DNA from: Balanoglossus misakiensis
Lineage: Eukaryota > Animalia > Hemichordata
Direction of reading: 5' to 3'
DNA length: 64,000 bases
NCBI GenBank assembly: GCA_040954595.2
Contig: CM082590.2
Location: forward strand, 7,254,001 to 7,318,000
Made by a program: the position numbers and the translations under genes. Positions 1-12,076 of the stretch are shown in pieces. The notes beneath the pieces are model-generated. The model ran no database searches and was not told the DNA's origin. It saw only the letters and a program-made list of their open reading frames with translations. Each line of letters starts with the position of its first letter. Positions within the stretch are counted from its first letter, which is position 1.

Positions 1-264
1 CACTGTGCTTTGGTGATGGAAAATTAAAGCCCCTATAGCTGCCAAATTTCCACGTAAAATACGTCAAATATATTCCCTATCCTCTAAAATCTTCACCATT
101 AATTAAGCCATATTACTTGCATTTGCATCAGTTTGTCATCTCTTGGCGACGGATACCATGATAACTGCGTACTGTTTGTATGGAGGCTGATTAAATCGGT
201 GTGGCACCCGTTTAATATATAGCGTGTTCAAATTGCAACATGACAGAGACTGGGAGACACTGAG

Positions 265-335
265 GTAGATAGACAGGCAGACAGACAGACTAATAGAGAT
301 ACACAGGCACGAAGACAGACAGACAGACAGACAGA
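265..335. repeat. Imperfect (ACAG)n microsatellite
   Basis: Visible agacagacagac runs; explains the LSVC-rich ORF 136..345(-). Confidence 0.8.
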
Positions 336-398
336 TATAATACATTCCTATCGTTCAATAACGTCGATGTATTTATCATGAAGTAAATTTCCCTCCAG

Positions 399-668
399 GT
401 CAGAAGAAACGCCTGTGAACACACCATGTCGACTTCTGTTCTTAATGATGAGTCATGTGATCCGGGTGTAAGTGGTATTTACGAGGAAGGTCAAAGGTTA
501 AGGAACCCCGAGGGGATGAGAAGCGTCCACGCTCATCTTGTTATCGCGACGACCACGTGGTGATATCAAACGTGAAAATGTTGGTGGCAGGTCCCGGGTA
601 CACCTTCGACGGCGCCAATCAGGTGTTTCAAGAGTACGCAAGACCGAACTACGTCACGATTTCACACG
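399..668 (+). other. Possible exon or decayed coding fragment, unidentified
   Basis: tttccctccAG acceptor ends at 398 and G|GTAGGT donor starts at 669 (270 nt). The 3' part reads DDHVVISNVKMLVAGPGYTFDGANQVFQEYARPNYVTISH, but no frame is open across the whole interval. Confidence 0.25.
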
Positions 669-2275
669 GTAGGTACTTGTCAATATCTCTATATGTCTGT
701 CACTGTCAATCTCTCTCTCCCCTCCCCCAGGCCTACACGCACTATAAACCATGTTGCAGTGCACGTCTTTCGAAAATAACAGTAGAGATATGAATTGCTC
801 TCCTGAAATTTGCCAGGTGAGTGGTAGGGAGAGTGATTCAACAAAATACCTGTAATAAATGTGAGTGTCACCTGAGTGGAAAATCACTCTCTTGAATTTC
901 GGTTTGCGCGAGTTGTAGGCGAGTGGAGTGATCACTCTCCTCAAAAGGCATGGCCTGAAGTTGTGTGTCGTCCTTTATTTCCTATCAATTTGTTTGGTTT
1001 ACATACAATAATGTCTACAGAATCACACCAAGGTCAGGGAAGACAAACTCCCTGTGTCTACCCTGTAGTTTTTGTCCACCACGGTAATACTCGCGCACCA
1101 TAATTACATCTTCGCCCGCCAAGGTCTTTGCTCTCTGAAAACAGAGAGACTATAGTCAAGCTCACGACCAGTGCGAGCAGACGATGAGACAGAACCTGCT
1201 TCTAGGGTATGCTACTGAAGCCATGGAGGGAAAATAATCTCTATGCTGAGTCATCGAAAGAAATTAAACCTCAATAAAATAGTCTGGTGCATTGAATCGA
1301 CACTTTTAAAGAGATTGTTCAACTTTCCCGGGACAGATGATATCTGGTGATATTACGTACAGATGAAAGTCGTGTTCCATCCAATGTTGATTTTTTTTAT
1401 TTTCTGAGAGTGAATCTTTCGCTGTGTCAATCATTCCAACGACGCCCCGTTAAAGCGAACGACTACCGATGCTTAACCACGTTAAAACAACCACTGCCAG
1501 TGGGGTTGACGACATCAGGTGTATTGGCTGCCCAATCCTGCCAAACATATGAAGATTTTATACACAAATACAAATACCTGTACGCAGGGCTTAACAGAAG
1601 GTACAGATGTATAAACTAACTTGACAGATTTTTTTCTTCGACTGGGTTTCCTCGAGTTATTGCCCTTGCTGCGACGGTCCGAAGGTTAACAAGATTGCTT
1701 TGAGAAAAGGCATGACCCCCGCTGATTATGAACCCGATCGATTTCACTAGAGAGCAGACGACACTTTTCCCGCCGTTTCTGTGACGCAGAAAACCGAGAA
1801 AGAAAAGACAAAAATCTTACTTTCTTGAAAATTCTGGCTCAAATTGTTAAGTTACAACTTCAGCGGAATTTTTCATCCCGGAGATTAAAAGCTTACCACA
1901 AAACATTGCAACTTAAAAATAAACATATGCATGGAAGTACGTGGTCTTGCCTGCAGACATTACACGCTAATAGAAACCAGAGTTTATCTGTCTTGAGTGA
2001 ATTACACAAGAATTTGACCTACCGCTGTTGCTGCTGCCAACATTCGGATCATAATCCGCCGTGATGTTTCAGTGAGAGGCGATTTATTTTGAATCTTATG
2101 TGTAATTCTAAACCGAAGAAACAAGAGTCCTTCAAGTTTCTGTGAGATGAAGACAACTTTCAGTAGGTGTATTGTTTATTCCGTTGATATCTGTTGCCAC
2201 ATGTACTATACAGTGTATGTGACCAATGATCAGCGCGAGCTAGCAGTGGCATGCGGGCTGTGGTTCTCCCAGCGC

Positions 2276-2377
2276 CTATGTACTAGCCTTGTCTCCATAC
2301 CCAGTGTGTTTTAGATAGACTCTTCTGTGTGAGTCTATCTAAGACACACTGGGTATGGAGACCAGGCTGCTATGTAC
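2276..2377. mobile_element. 86-bp fold-back non-autonomous DNA element (TAGCC...GGCTG) with 8-bp target-site duplication; Academ- or hAT-like
   Basis: Arms 2284-2322 and 2331-2369 are reverse complements at 36/39 positions around an 8-nt loop. CTATGTAC is duplicated at 2276-2283 and 2370-2377. Superfamily is inferred from termini and TSD length. Confidence 0.8.
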
Positions 2378-2847
2378 AGGACGGTGCATAGCATATAGGC
2401 GCTTGGCATGGCGAACCGGTGCCTGCACATGCGACTGTGTGCTATAGCTGTCAGTGACTGTTTCGGAACAAGTCTACAGACTTCAGTACCATTCAACGTC
2501 ACAGCCTGGCCAGTCCTGTTGTCAACGCGTTTGTAGTGCCGGAAACGTCCAACACACGTCATATTTTCGAGCATGATGTTTGGAGTAGAACAGGAAAATG
2601 CATTTGGTTCCCAAAACAAAAAAATACTGAAAATGAAGCCACATGATACTAGCTAGTGTCCCTTTAACAGCGAGTGTGATTCAGCGGTTGACGAAGTACG
2701 TGGTATGTTTTCAATTATGACATCGAAATAGTGACACCAGTATCGCTTTTGTGTAGCTATGCGACCTCGACCCCAATGGGCACGTATTTTGTTTCGTTCG
2801 GTGTGAGCCAGTCACGTGTACCGTCATGAATCTGGTGTATGTAGAAG

Positions 2848-2991
2848 TACTGTAAAACACTTTATTTTCGCGAGTCAAAATTTTCGCGATATCGAGAGAG
2901 GCCACTGTTTCGCGAGTATTAATTTTCACGTTCTCTTATTTCATTCACTGTATCGTTATCTTCAAAAAAAAATGTCGCGACTTTTTATTTT
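2848..2991 (+). mobile_element. MITE family A (TA-flanked, Tc1/mariner-like), 3'-truncated copy
   Basis: TA-CTGTAAAACACTTTATTTTCGCG start; body near-identical to the complete copy at 47466-47677; right TIR missing. Confidence 0.85.
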
Positions 2992-5200
2992 GTGTGTGTA
3001 TGGGACCATTACCCGCAGCCGCCGTAGATGTGACGCCATCGCGACACCCATGCTTAAAGAATTGTCCGAGTTCTCGAGCCCCCCAACCCCCCAACATTCA
3101 GAACCACAAAGAGCTAGGACATTTTGACCATGTCGATTAACAAGGAACTACACACTGCACTGGAGATAATACTGCTTGTAAAGGCGGCCATACCTCTGCA
3201 AACTTAAAACAGCTGCCTGGAACATCACAGACGTCACCAACGCACGTTGTCAGAAAAAAACGCTGTCAAAATTATCCGACGTCTATTTATCGTTATCTGT
3301 GTTTATCCAACTGTTCAGAAATATTCGATGTGGTTAATATACCGTTAGGTCATGCTGTTATTATATTCAACCAATTACTCCTTAACTTCCGTGACTGAGT
3401 GAATATGTCTTTCATTTTCTGCCGACACTATTTGGCGCCAAAATGTTTAGCTTCTCCATAAAATCTGTATTTGAATAACGGCCATTGTTATTGAGTGAAT
3501 TGAAGGCCGGACTTAAATTCAATTTTCAACGATAAGGCTGGTTACTACAAAAGGATTGTGTTGAAATTGAAAACAACTTATACAGGGCAATTATTTCTGT
3601 TGTCCGAAATTGTACAAAACAAAGAAACCCGCAATTGATACCAAAGCAAAATACTGAGAAAACAATGTAGGTACTAGTGCTGCCGAAAAAAATCTGGTTT
3701 GATTTTAGTCTAGCAAAGTTAACAGCTTCAACCCCTTCGATGTACTTTTGAGTCTGTGTAGTGGCGTTCAACTTTGCGCGTAAAAACTGTCTAGTCATTA
3801 TAACCTAGAATTTAATGTGTTTATGGATGCCACCTGATTTCGTCATTTTATTGACTATGAATCATAAAACAAGCAAACCGGATGTGAAATTTGCAGGACG
3901 GCATTCTAAAATAGTGCATGACCGACTTTGCATAAACTCTTATAAATTTTAAATCTGTGCGATCACGAAAGGTCGACGAGGCATCAAGTTATTTCCTCAA
4001 GATAGGATTATTTGTTTCCGTTTTTTATTCAAAAATGAATCTTAATCATAAAATGCCACACGGGAAGCACACACCTGCGGCAGGTCTGCTGTCCGACCAA
4101 GCTGTCGGCTATAACGAGCGCCCTCCTTTGATGAAATTGTGAAACTTCCCCAGCTTCTCAAAACACCACCTGAAGTGGCAGACTATAGATAGTCTAGCCC
4201 GCCTGTGAAACATCCCGGATGTCATCGGTTTTTTACTGTTAAAAGTGTCACAAGTGGGGCCGGGGCGTGCTGGTTCATGGACGCCGATGATGGAAGCAGC
4301 TTGCGAATCACAAAAGGACAAAGTCGCAGTCCTTTGATTCGGTATTGATGAAACTTTCTTTCTCGTGTAAACAGATTGACGACGAGGAGCAAAATCTAAA
4401 AAAAATTATCTGTTATAGGCTCTGGGAATTTCATTTCAGAAAGAACGCTGAATGATGCTGACTTCTCTTTGCGTGTCACTGAACATCAAACCACGCTGGG
4501 AATACGAACGATTACACGAAATCAACAAATAGCCGATTTTTAGCATTTCGAAATATCCCCTGAGACTCCGAAGCAGACGAGGTAAATTCCCTCTTTCTGA
4601 GAAAAGTTCAAACCAATTTTGGGTGTCATTTAACAGTTGTTCGGTGGAAACGACGGCTCCCAAATGACCTCCAAGTCGATTTCACTCTTTACACGAACCA
4701 ATAAATGCACAAAAATACTCTCGGCGAGAAACAAATTATCATGGCGCTGAAAAATGGTAGACTTTTAAATGGGGTTCATTAACATGGGGACCATAGCAAC
4801 GACCAATCAACTTCTTGCTTTTGGAAAGTTTGGCGATAAACGTAAACAACATGGAGGGCGACCGGATATTTGTTTCCAGACTTGGCGCCATTTTTACAGT
4901 CCATAAATTAGACCATCAGTAAAGGTGATGAGCAATTTCAAGCGACCGATGAACGAAAATAGCGAAATGGCTTCTGTAAAACGACATCAAATGTTACAGA
5001 CTTTTCACTCAGACACGTGCGAATATTCTGTACTGGTTTTGAATCATCGGAACAGTGAAAACGGGCTCAAGAAATGCCAAAAAAGCACACGTGGCTATCA
5101 ACAGTCTATCGACTGGCCCACACGGACTGTACACGTGATAATTATAGAAATCGTAAACTTGCCCGAGTTTATCTTATCACCAGTATTTCACTGAAAATAA

Positions 5201-5395
5201 TTAAAGGGACAAAACCTCTCTCTCGCTGCCCTTTCGCCATTTACATGTATTATGTTTGATACAAGACACCGTTTATGTTATTCTACATGTGGTTATATAG
5301 TGAATCAATGTTCGATCACACACAACTTCCATCCTGTTTGTAGAATATGAGAGTGAAAATCTCGCTAAAATGAATAAACGGTAGAGACCGATAAC
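5201..5395 (+). mobile_element. MITE family B (TTAA-AGGGAC..., Kolobok/T2-MITE-like), half copy
   Basis: TTAAAGGGACAAAACCTCTCTCTCGCTGCCC terminus and body match the copies at 30851, 34213 and 63437. Confidence 0.85.
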
Positions 5396-7664
5396 CATCT
5401 AAAATGGCTCGCTTCTCCGTTTTAAAAGTTTTATATATATTCCCTTTCCACGTCTGTGTAATAAAATCTGAGACATGCCACCAGCTATCCTCAGAATTTG
5501 CTTCAGGATTGGTTTTTGACAAAACGTGACCCAGACACATATTGTTTGTTAGCACCTGCAGAACTAGAAGAACGATAGTTTGACACTTCTCGATTCGTAG
5601 ACGACCTATGCGGCAAAATCTGATATTTCTGATAAATTTGTCTTCGTATTTTGTGTAAGAAACGACTCCTAAGTCTTTAGCTTGTTAAGGTGCGTCATCA
5701 ATAGTCCTAGCCTACGTAATGTTCACAGAAAATGGCGCTAACACGCCGCAGACGACAACATTTAGCCTGGTAGGCGATCACGTATATTCCTCTAGAGCGC
5801 CCTAGGAGATTACAATTTTCTCGTTGCATTTCCTAGCACTCCCTAGGCGACCGTTAACTGCTCTACGTGTACATTAACACCTGTGAAGTTGACACAACAT
5901 TTCTCGCTACTCAACTCTTCTCCGGAAGACCCGTTCGCGCCACGTCAGCTTACATATAAGGTAGGCGAAATTGCATTCTATTTTCTACAGACAAAGCAGG
6001 CATGACATGCCACGTTCTACCCACTGCATTCTTTCGAAAATAGACCGAGACGGTGTCTAAATCGTCTACCGTCACACTTTCTTCAAGCTTAACATAAACA
6101 GTTCCTTATCTAAGTGATTCTTGGGAAGGGATAAATGTTATTAGCAGTGCAGGGCATCACATCACCCGATTCACCGTTCACGAAATAATCTTGCGAAGCT
6201 CCAATATTTTCTCGCGAAATCGTCTTCCAGTCCAGTGCATGCTTATTGTCTTTGCGTGAAAAGATAGACGCATAAATTATCCGAAGAATATTATTTACAT
6301 TCAGAGGTGTTCACATTTTTGCACGCGTTTTGTCAGTAATATTAGTAACAGGTTGCAATATTATCCTAACGGGTGTCCTGCTGCTTGGTATGCAAATTAG
6401 ACAAAGCGCGCGAAATTGTACAGGTGTCGTTTGTACGTCTAGGTTGCTCATCACCTGGAATCGAAATGTCCATACCTCATTAATTTGCAGAAATTCGTGT
6501 CAATATTCATTTATTTCTGTGATCACGGGGTTACTTTGACTACAATGAGATCGTTTTAAACAAAATTTCTGTTGTAATTAAGTAAATTTTATTTAAAGTA
6601 TGTTTTTTGTTGTCAAGTGGAAGGGGTTAGAGTTGTTCCAGCAAAAAGTACGAACATTGTTCTAGTCGTTGAAACTACGTTACAAAGCTGTATCTGTTCT
6701 TTGTATAAACTCCCTTATACCTGCTAAAATGCCCTGTTTACTGCTTGTCAACAGAAATTTAGTCATTGTATCGACCACGTTTAATAAATTAATAAGTCAT
6801 GATTGAAATACAAGCTTTAAAGGGACTAAGTTGATCAATGTGACGTTATTTTGGTATTTAAACTTCATTCGATGCTTGGAACGAAACATTTCCTTCTACC
6901 GATAACAGAGATGGCTTGTATTCCCCGGGTAAGAAGGAGGCATTACATGTACTTCTATCTCTTACTACAGTTAGTTGTCGATTTTTTACCCAGAATGCAT
7001 TATGTAATGTGCATTGACCCCCTAGCACAAAGTCAAAACCTATTTAAGGCAGCCAGATTTGTCGCGAGGCATCTGTGGCACTACTTTTCTGGGCCTTGCA
7101 TTCAGAACCCGCGTATGCACAGACAAAGTACGATGTCCTTATGACACGTCCTTTATCAAACACAGAAACTCTTTAAAAAATCATAAGCAATTCATCATTT
7201 TCCTAATGAAATATGAACTGTCATAAGAATAGAGTTGATTTATCTCTCCAGGTGTCAGAGAATACACTGCAGAGAGAATGCTCTGCTCAACAAGTGTGTC
7301 GTCTGTCACACTACAAGAATGTGTCATATTAATATCCCTCCACGCGGCAGCCATATTGTTTTTTGATGACCGACACTCACATCCCTATTCTCTTGAAGAA
7401 TTTTTTGTTTTTCAAATTTAATAATCGTATTTTTGCCAACACGCGTGAAGGGGATTGACTCCTGAAAATTTACACACAACCGGAAAAGTCTGAATAGTGA
7501 AACAACAGCGAAGCATCAACTTCAGAACTATAATATAATCATAATGGTGTGAATAAGTGTTAAGTATGAACACAATCACGTGATATTTTCCGCCACATCA
7601 GGCGAGGGAGTTAGGGCTAGTTTGATTGCACTGAAATGTAGGCGACAAGCTTTTCTGCCGTTGG

Positions 7665-7665
<1 letters not shown>

Positions 7666-7695
<30 letters not shown>

Positions 7696-7696
7696 G
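7666..7696. repeat. (TTG)n microsatellite
   Basis: Direct reading; source of the poly-Q in ORF 7598..7822(-). Confidence 0.95.
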
Positions 7697-8349
7697 AATC
7701 AAACCTTGTATGATAGTAACGTCGTGACAAGACGAAATACGGGTTATAATTGAACATGACATGGGTGACCTTGACATTGAATACACTGCATTTTCTTGAA
7801 CGACGCGTGCAAATATTTTCACTTAATTAAGCCTTTAGGCTGTGAATTTTCCCAGTGGCCAAGAAAGAACTTTTCGAAGGGCAGACGGATTCCTGCTAAG
7901 TTTCAGCTAAATTTGTCACCTCGCCGGCGGTTTGCTAATTTCCCCCCGGCAGGAGTTATCAAGGCCCGGCTCATGATACTCTGTATTACCAATTACAGCG
8001 CTGGAAATAACCATTGTGTTATTTATTTGGGGGTGGCTGGAAATAGAAGCGATGGGACTCCCGCCTGGACAAGCGAGGGTGACAAGTTATTGTGTGTCTG
8101 GTTAATACCAATTAAAGTGTCATGATTTGTGTTGATAAACGGCAGAGAGGCTGATACTGTGATATGATAATATGGTATTAATACAAAGTAGCCAAATTTA
8201 TCCTGGCCAACAGGTCGGTCAAACTGTACGTGGTTTAAGTTAATATGTGACTCACTCACTCACTCACTCACTTACCCACTCAGTCAGTCAGTCATGGGTT
8301 GAATTGGTGACATGAGGTGATTGAATGTGTGGTTTGATGTCGTCTTGTT

Positions 8350-8510
8350 AAAAATTTCTACACAGAATTAACATAGAAACTGGCGGCCATTTTGAATTTG
8401 AAATTTCAGATAATTTCGCTCTCTCATTCAAAATTTTCGTACGTGACCCCCAATTTTCATTCCCAAGTTTAAGAGAGAGTAATCTCAAGTTGCCTTGAGC
8501 CAAAAATATC
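8350..8510 (+). mobile_element. Fragment of dispersed repeat family C (TTAA-flanked non-autonomous DNA element)
   Basis: Shares ...ttaac..agaaactggcggccattttgaattt...gacccccaatttt...gagagtaatctcaagttgccttgag with 18763-19114 and 34549-34791. Confidence 0.6.
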
Positions 8511-8756
8511 AACGTCTATCAACAGCTGTCTGCCACACTCAAATAGCAACAGTTCCAGGAATATGCTAGATCATTTGCCGTCCACTGCAGATGATTACTG
8601 GAGATGTTGATAGAATTACGTGTCTAGAGGGAATGCGTCTCATCTCATGGTGTCCTCTCGACCACCTGCAGTGAACAGCAATTAATCGCCAGTCACCTTG
8701 GCAATTTTTAGCGAAAATTAATGCTCACCACTGCTATGAATTTCAATTTTACGTGA

Positions 8757-8938
8757 TTAAAGGTATACGGTCACCTCCAATTTACATATCGCTATATATA
8801 GTTGAAATGGCGTATTTGAGTGTTCTAAAGAACACTTTATTTTCGCGTGTGCCACCCACTGAAAATCTGTGATTGGTTAGATCTCAATTTACCATGGTAA
8901 CTGTGGCTAAATTTGTATAGGTGACCGTATACCTTTAA
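8757..8938. mobile_element. Complete Kolobok/T2-like MITE (family D) with TTAA TSDs
   Basis: TTAA-AGGTATACGGTCACCT ... AGGTGACCGTATACCT-TTAA: perfect 16-bp TIRs, TTAA on both sides; second copy at 14727-14901. Confidence 0.9.
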
Positions 8939-9121
8939 GAACGGGCGGCCATGCGTGAAAGCAATGCGCCGCCGCGCCAACTGCGAGCTCTGGCGCGCGC
9001 GTCGGGTCGCTATGGGAATAGAGCGCGAGAATGAATATGCAAAATTCTGACAGGCTGGTGTATTCGTGATATGGTGATGAGGCCATGTTGTTTTGGTCTC
9101 CAGTCAACCAGACAGCATCTG

Positions 9122-9274
9122 CAATAGACTCTTTTCCGAACTCCACCAGAATTTGCGAGATCTCGCGTGACTTAGCCTACCAGTAAAACCTCTGGCAACA
9201 AAATCAAAATTCTGAGCCAATAGACCCTTTCCCGAACTCCACGGGACCGTGCGAGATCTCGCGAGGCTAGTCAC
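9122..9274. repeat. Duplicated caatagac...ccgaactccac...gcgagatctcgcg unit with TAGCCT...AGGCTA inverted ends
   Basis: Two related units (~9122-9167 and ~9217-9263); short inverted repeat gtgact(t)agcct / aggctagtcac brackets the second. Confidence 0.55.
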
Positions 9275-9440
9275 TTTACATAGCATGAAACTCCCCGTTG
9301 TTTCTGTTGTGTGGATAAGTTTTATTCCCTATGTATTGGACTTCGTGTTCATCCTCTCGTTCCTCATCATAAAGTATCAGAATGATTGCAACCCTATTCA
9401 ATGTCCGTTATTTATAGATCTATCGCTGATATACTTGTTC

Positions 9441-9603
9441 CTAATTCCAAAACCGTGAAAACATACCATCTCCATGCAGACACTAAACATCACGTCTGCG
9501 CATGCGCAACTCGTAAATAAACTTGTTTTTAATCCAAAACCGTGAAAACATACCATCTCTATGCAGATACTAAACACGTCTATACGCATGCTCAACTCAT
9601 AAA
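9441..9603. repeat. Tandem duplication, ~89-bp unit x2
   Basis: ccaaaaccgtgaaaacataccatctc.atgcaga.actaaac occurs at ~9447 and ~9535. Confidence 0.9.
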
Positions 9604-9959
9604 GGGGAATCATAGATCAAGTGTTCATATGTTAAAAGCATTTATCGGGGAAATACGACCTCGTATACTCGTCTCAAGCTTTTTGATCTCAGTGTATACA
9701 CGCTCCAAAATTAAAAGATATCATTTTTTTATTGGCGGATGACCCAGGGAGGATATACGACTTTATCGAGGCATCTTTCTATCATCATTGGAGTGACTCG
9801 TGGTGACCTTCTCCCGTTCAACATGTCTAAAATTATTTTGATTGATGAGATGAAAATTATCTGTCGATGTGAATAATTAATCCGTGGAGACATAATTTCG
9901 CTGTCCCCAGTGGCTCTTCTTTCTTCCCGCCAGCAACCCGCCTTATTAAGAACTCCGCC

Positions 9960-10070
9960 AACCATTGAGTTGCTATGGAAACCATTGTTGTCTTCTGACT
10001 GTTGCCTTGGTGACAACGCCGAGTGACGTTGTCGGTACACGAATATCGTTGCTATACCAACACTTCGAGG
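9960..10070. promoter_or_regulatory. Candidate enhancer with three clustered RFX X-box-like palindromes
   Basis: GTTGCTATGGAAAC 9969-9982, GTTGCCTTGGTGAC 10001-10014 and GTTGCTATACCAAC 10048-10061, compared with the X-box GTTGCCATGGCAAC. Confidence 0.5.
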
Positions 10071-11796
10071 TTGCAACAGTTGTTTTGATAGAAATATAAA
10101 TATAAGCCGTTACGTGTGTGTTGTCACGGAGACGTTAATTGGGCAGACGATCTTAAATTTTGAGATAGGCAAATAGCCTTGAAATAATTTTTATCGCCGT
10201 TAAGACCTCATATGAACACGAGTCCGCATACATGATATGGTGTTTTTCTCATTACGGCGGAGACATCTGCCATAAAATTCCACTAAATGAACATCACACA
10301 GTATGACATACACAAACATGGCATCACGCATAGGATAAAAAAGTTAGAAACTAATCTCATAGAGTTAACAGAATTTGTGGATTTCTGTGCGTGAATTGAT
10401 ATAGCTTCTCAACTTTTTTCCTTTATTTTTCTGTTTGTGTATCCCTCCCTCCCTCCCTCCCTCCTGTGTATCCCTCCCTCCCTCCATCTATCCATCCATC
10501 CTGCCAGCCATGACCTCTGTAGAGAGAAATGGGGGTGTAAAATTTTGATTCTTCGCGATTACTCTCTCCTCTCCTTAGACTGGTTATCCGGACAACAATA
10601 TAAATGCGATAAATCCGGAATCTTGGGAGCGTGTAGCTAATATTCAATCGATATTGACCTCGCCGATAATCGATAGTGACGTCCCCCGAAGATCGATATT
10701 GACCTCTCCCACAAAAGTGTCGAATTTGTTGCCAATTATCCCCGGCCTGATTTATTATAGGTTCAGTAATTAGCAATCGTCGAGGAAGTCATTTTTGGTG
10801 AGTTAGGGGGCCTCAACAAAATGTAATGTCACTGTTACTTTTCAATTGGCTATGTCTCAGAATCGGTTGGTGCTATTGATTGAGATTAAGGACGCTAATT
10901 GTTTTAAACCCTGTAACGCCAAAATCAACTTGTCGTCTTTTCCACAAATTTCAACTTTTTCCACATTTTTTTCCAAAATTTTGATCATGTTGAGCAGGCA
11001 ATGGAAAGTTATGTCCACATGGTCTAAAATTAAGAATCAAATTAGGAAAACGTGTATAAAATGAGAACATGAATTTGAAAATCCCTTTATCTGTAACAAG
11101 ATTCATTTCCATTTTCTTGCCTATTGTGGCCGATTTATTTCAAGAGAACTCGGACCCCCATTTCAAAAACCCACCAGATCCCCCTCCCAGAATATCAAAT
11201 GGTCCGACCCTTACTGACTACAATAAAATATTAACGGCTTTCCTGTTGCGTATATTCTCTTCTGTCGTATAAAACCTATCCTCAAGGAAAAAAGGATATT
11301 AACCATATTTTGGGGAGAATATGGCGTACTTTACGTGAAGTCATGCGGCGAATTTAATAACATTAGATAATGGACAGATCAGTATCATTAATAACACAAC
11401 CACCACGCCCTCTCAGGTAAATTTGGTGTAGGGGTCACCCTAAAATCTCGTCAAGACTGTAGCTGGTTCAGAAAGGACTTAATTTTGTTCTTTCAAATCT
11501 GATACAATGTTGCTCTCTCATTGAAACTTTTGTGGAAGTATTAACACCCAATATTGATTCTCAATATCACGAGAGACTTCTCAAAATTTGTCTTGAGCAA
11601 AATATGAGAAAATGTTGAAGGCTTTTATTTTTCTAGGCACGTACTACATTGCCTTATTTTTGTATACTCGCTTTGCTTTATACTATATAAAGAGTAAAGA
11701 CCATTCTATCGACATTCCGAACGGCGTTGTAGTGAGTATAAACAACACTTTAAAATAGAGCCATGCGCAGTGAAAGAAAACAACGCGGAGAGCAGA

Positions 11797-12076
11797 TAAG
11801 ATAGTTACTGTCATTTTTGGCCTCAAGGCACGCAGAGCCATCAAAACCATACACGCTCCAAAAAAGTCTAGAATTTCACACGCCCAGATATATTTTTGGA
11901 CTGATAGCTGATCACCTTGGGATTCGGTCTCATTCGTTCGAATCCCACGCGCTCGGTGTAGTTTCCTTGCCCCGCGCTAATTGCGCAGACGACAAAGTTC
12001 GCGCGTGTCAGGCCACTCTGATGTGGCCCCGTGTTCGGTTTCCCGCCTAAATCAACAGACGACAGTAAATTATCTT
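11797..12076. mobile_element. ~280-bp GC-rich segment bounded by short TIRs, probable non-autonomous element
   Basis: aagatagttactgtc (~11797) versus gacagtaaattatctt (12061-12076, reverse complement aagataatttactgtc). Internal GGGATTCG-N12-CGAATCCC hairpin. No clear TSD. Confidence 0.45.

Noticed and set aside
1059-1080. TACCCTGTAG, matching the 5' end of miR-10
   Set aside because: Only 10 nt match, the 3' half differs and there is no precursor hairpin.
4436-4680. Faint resemblance of minus-strand frames to a Crypton tyrosine-recombinase N-terminus
   Set aside because: Similarity is only impressionistic, split across frames, and no catalytic R-H-R-Y motifs are visible.
11895-11960. tRNA gene suggested by GTTCGAATCCC
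   Set aside because: No acceptor stem, D-arm or anticodon arm; the motif is one arm of a simple hairpin.
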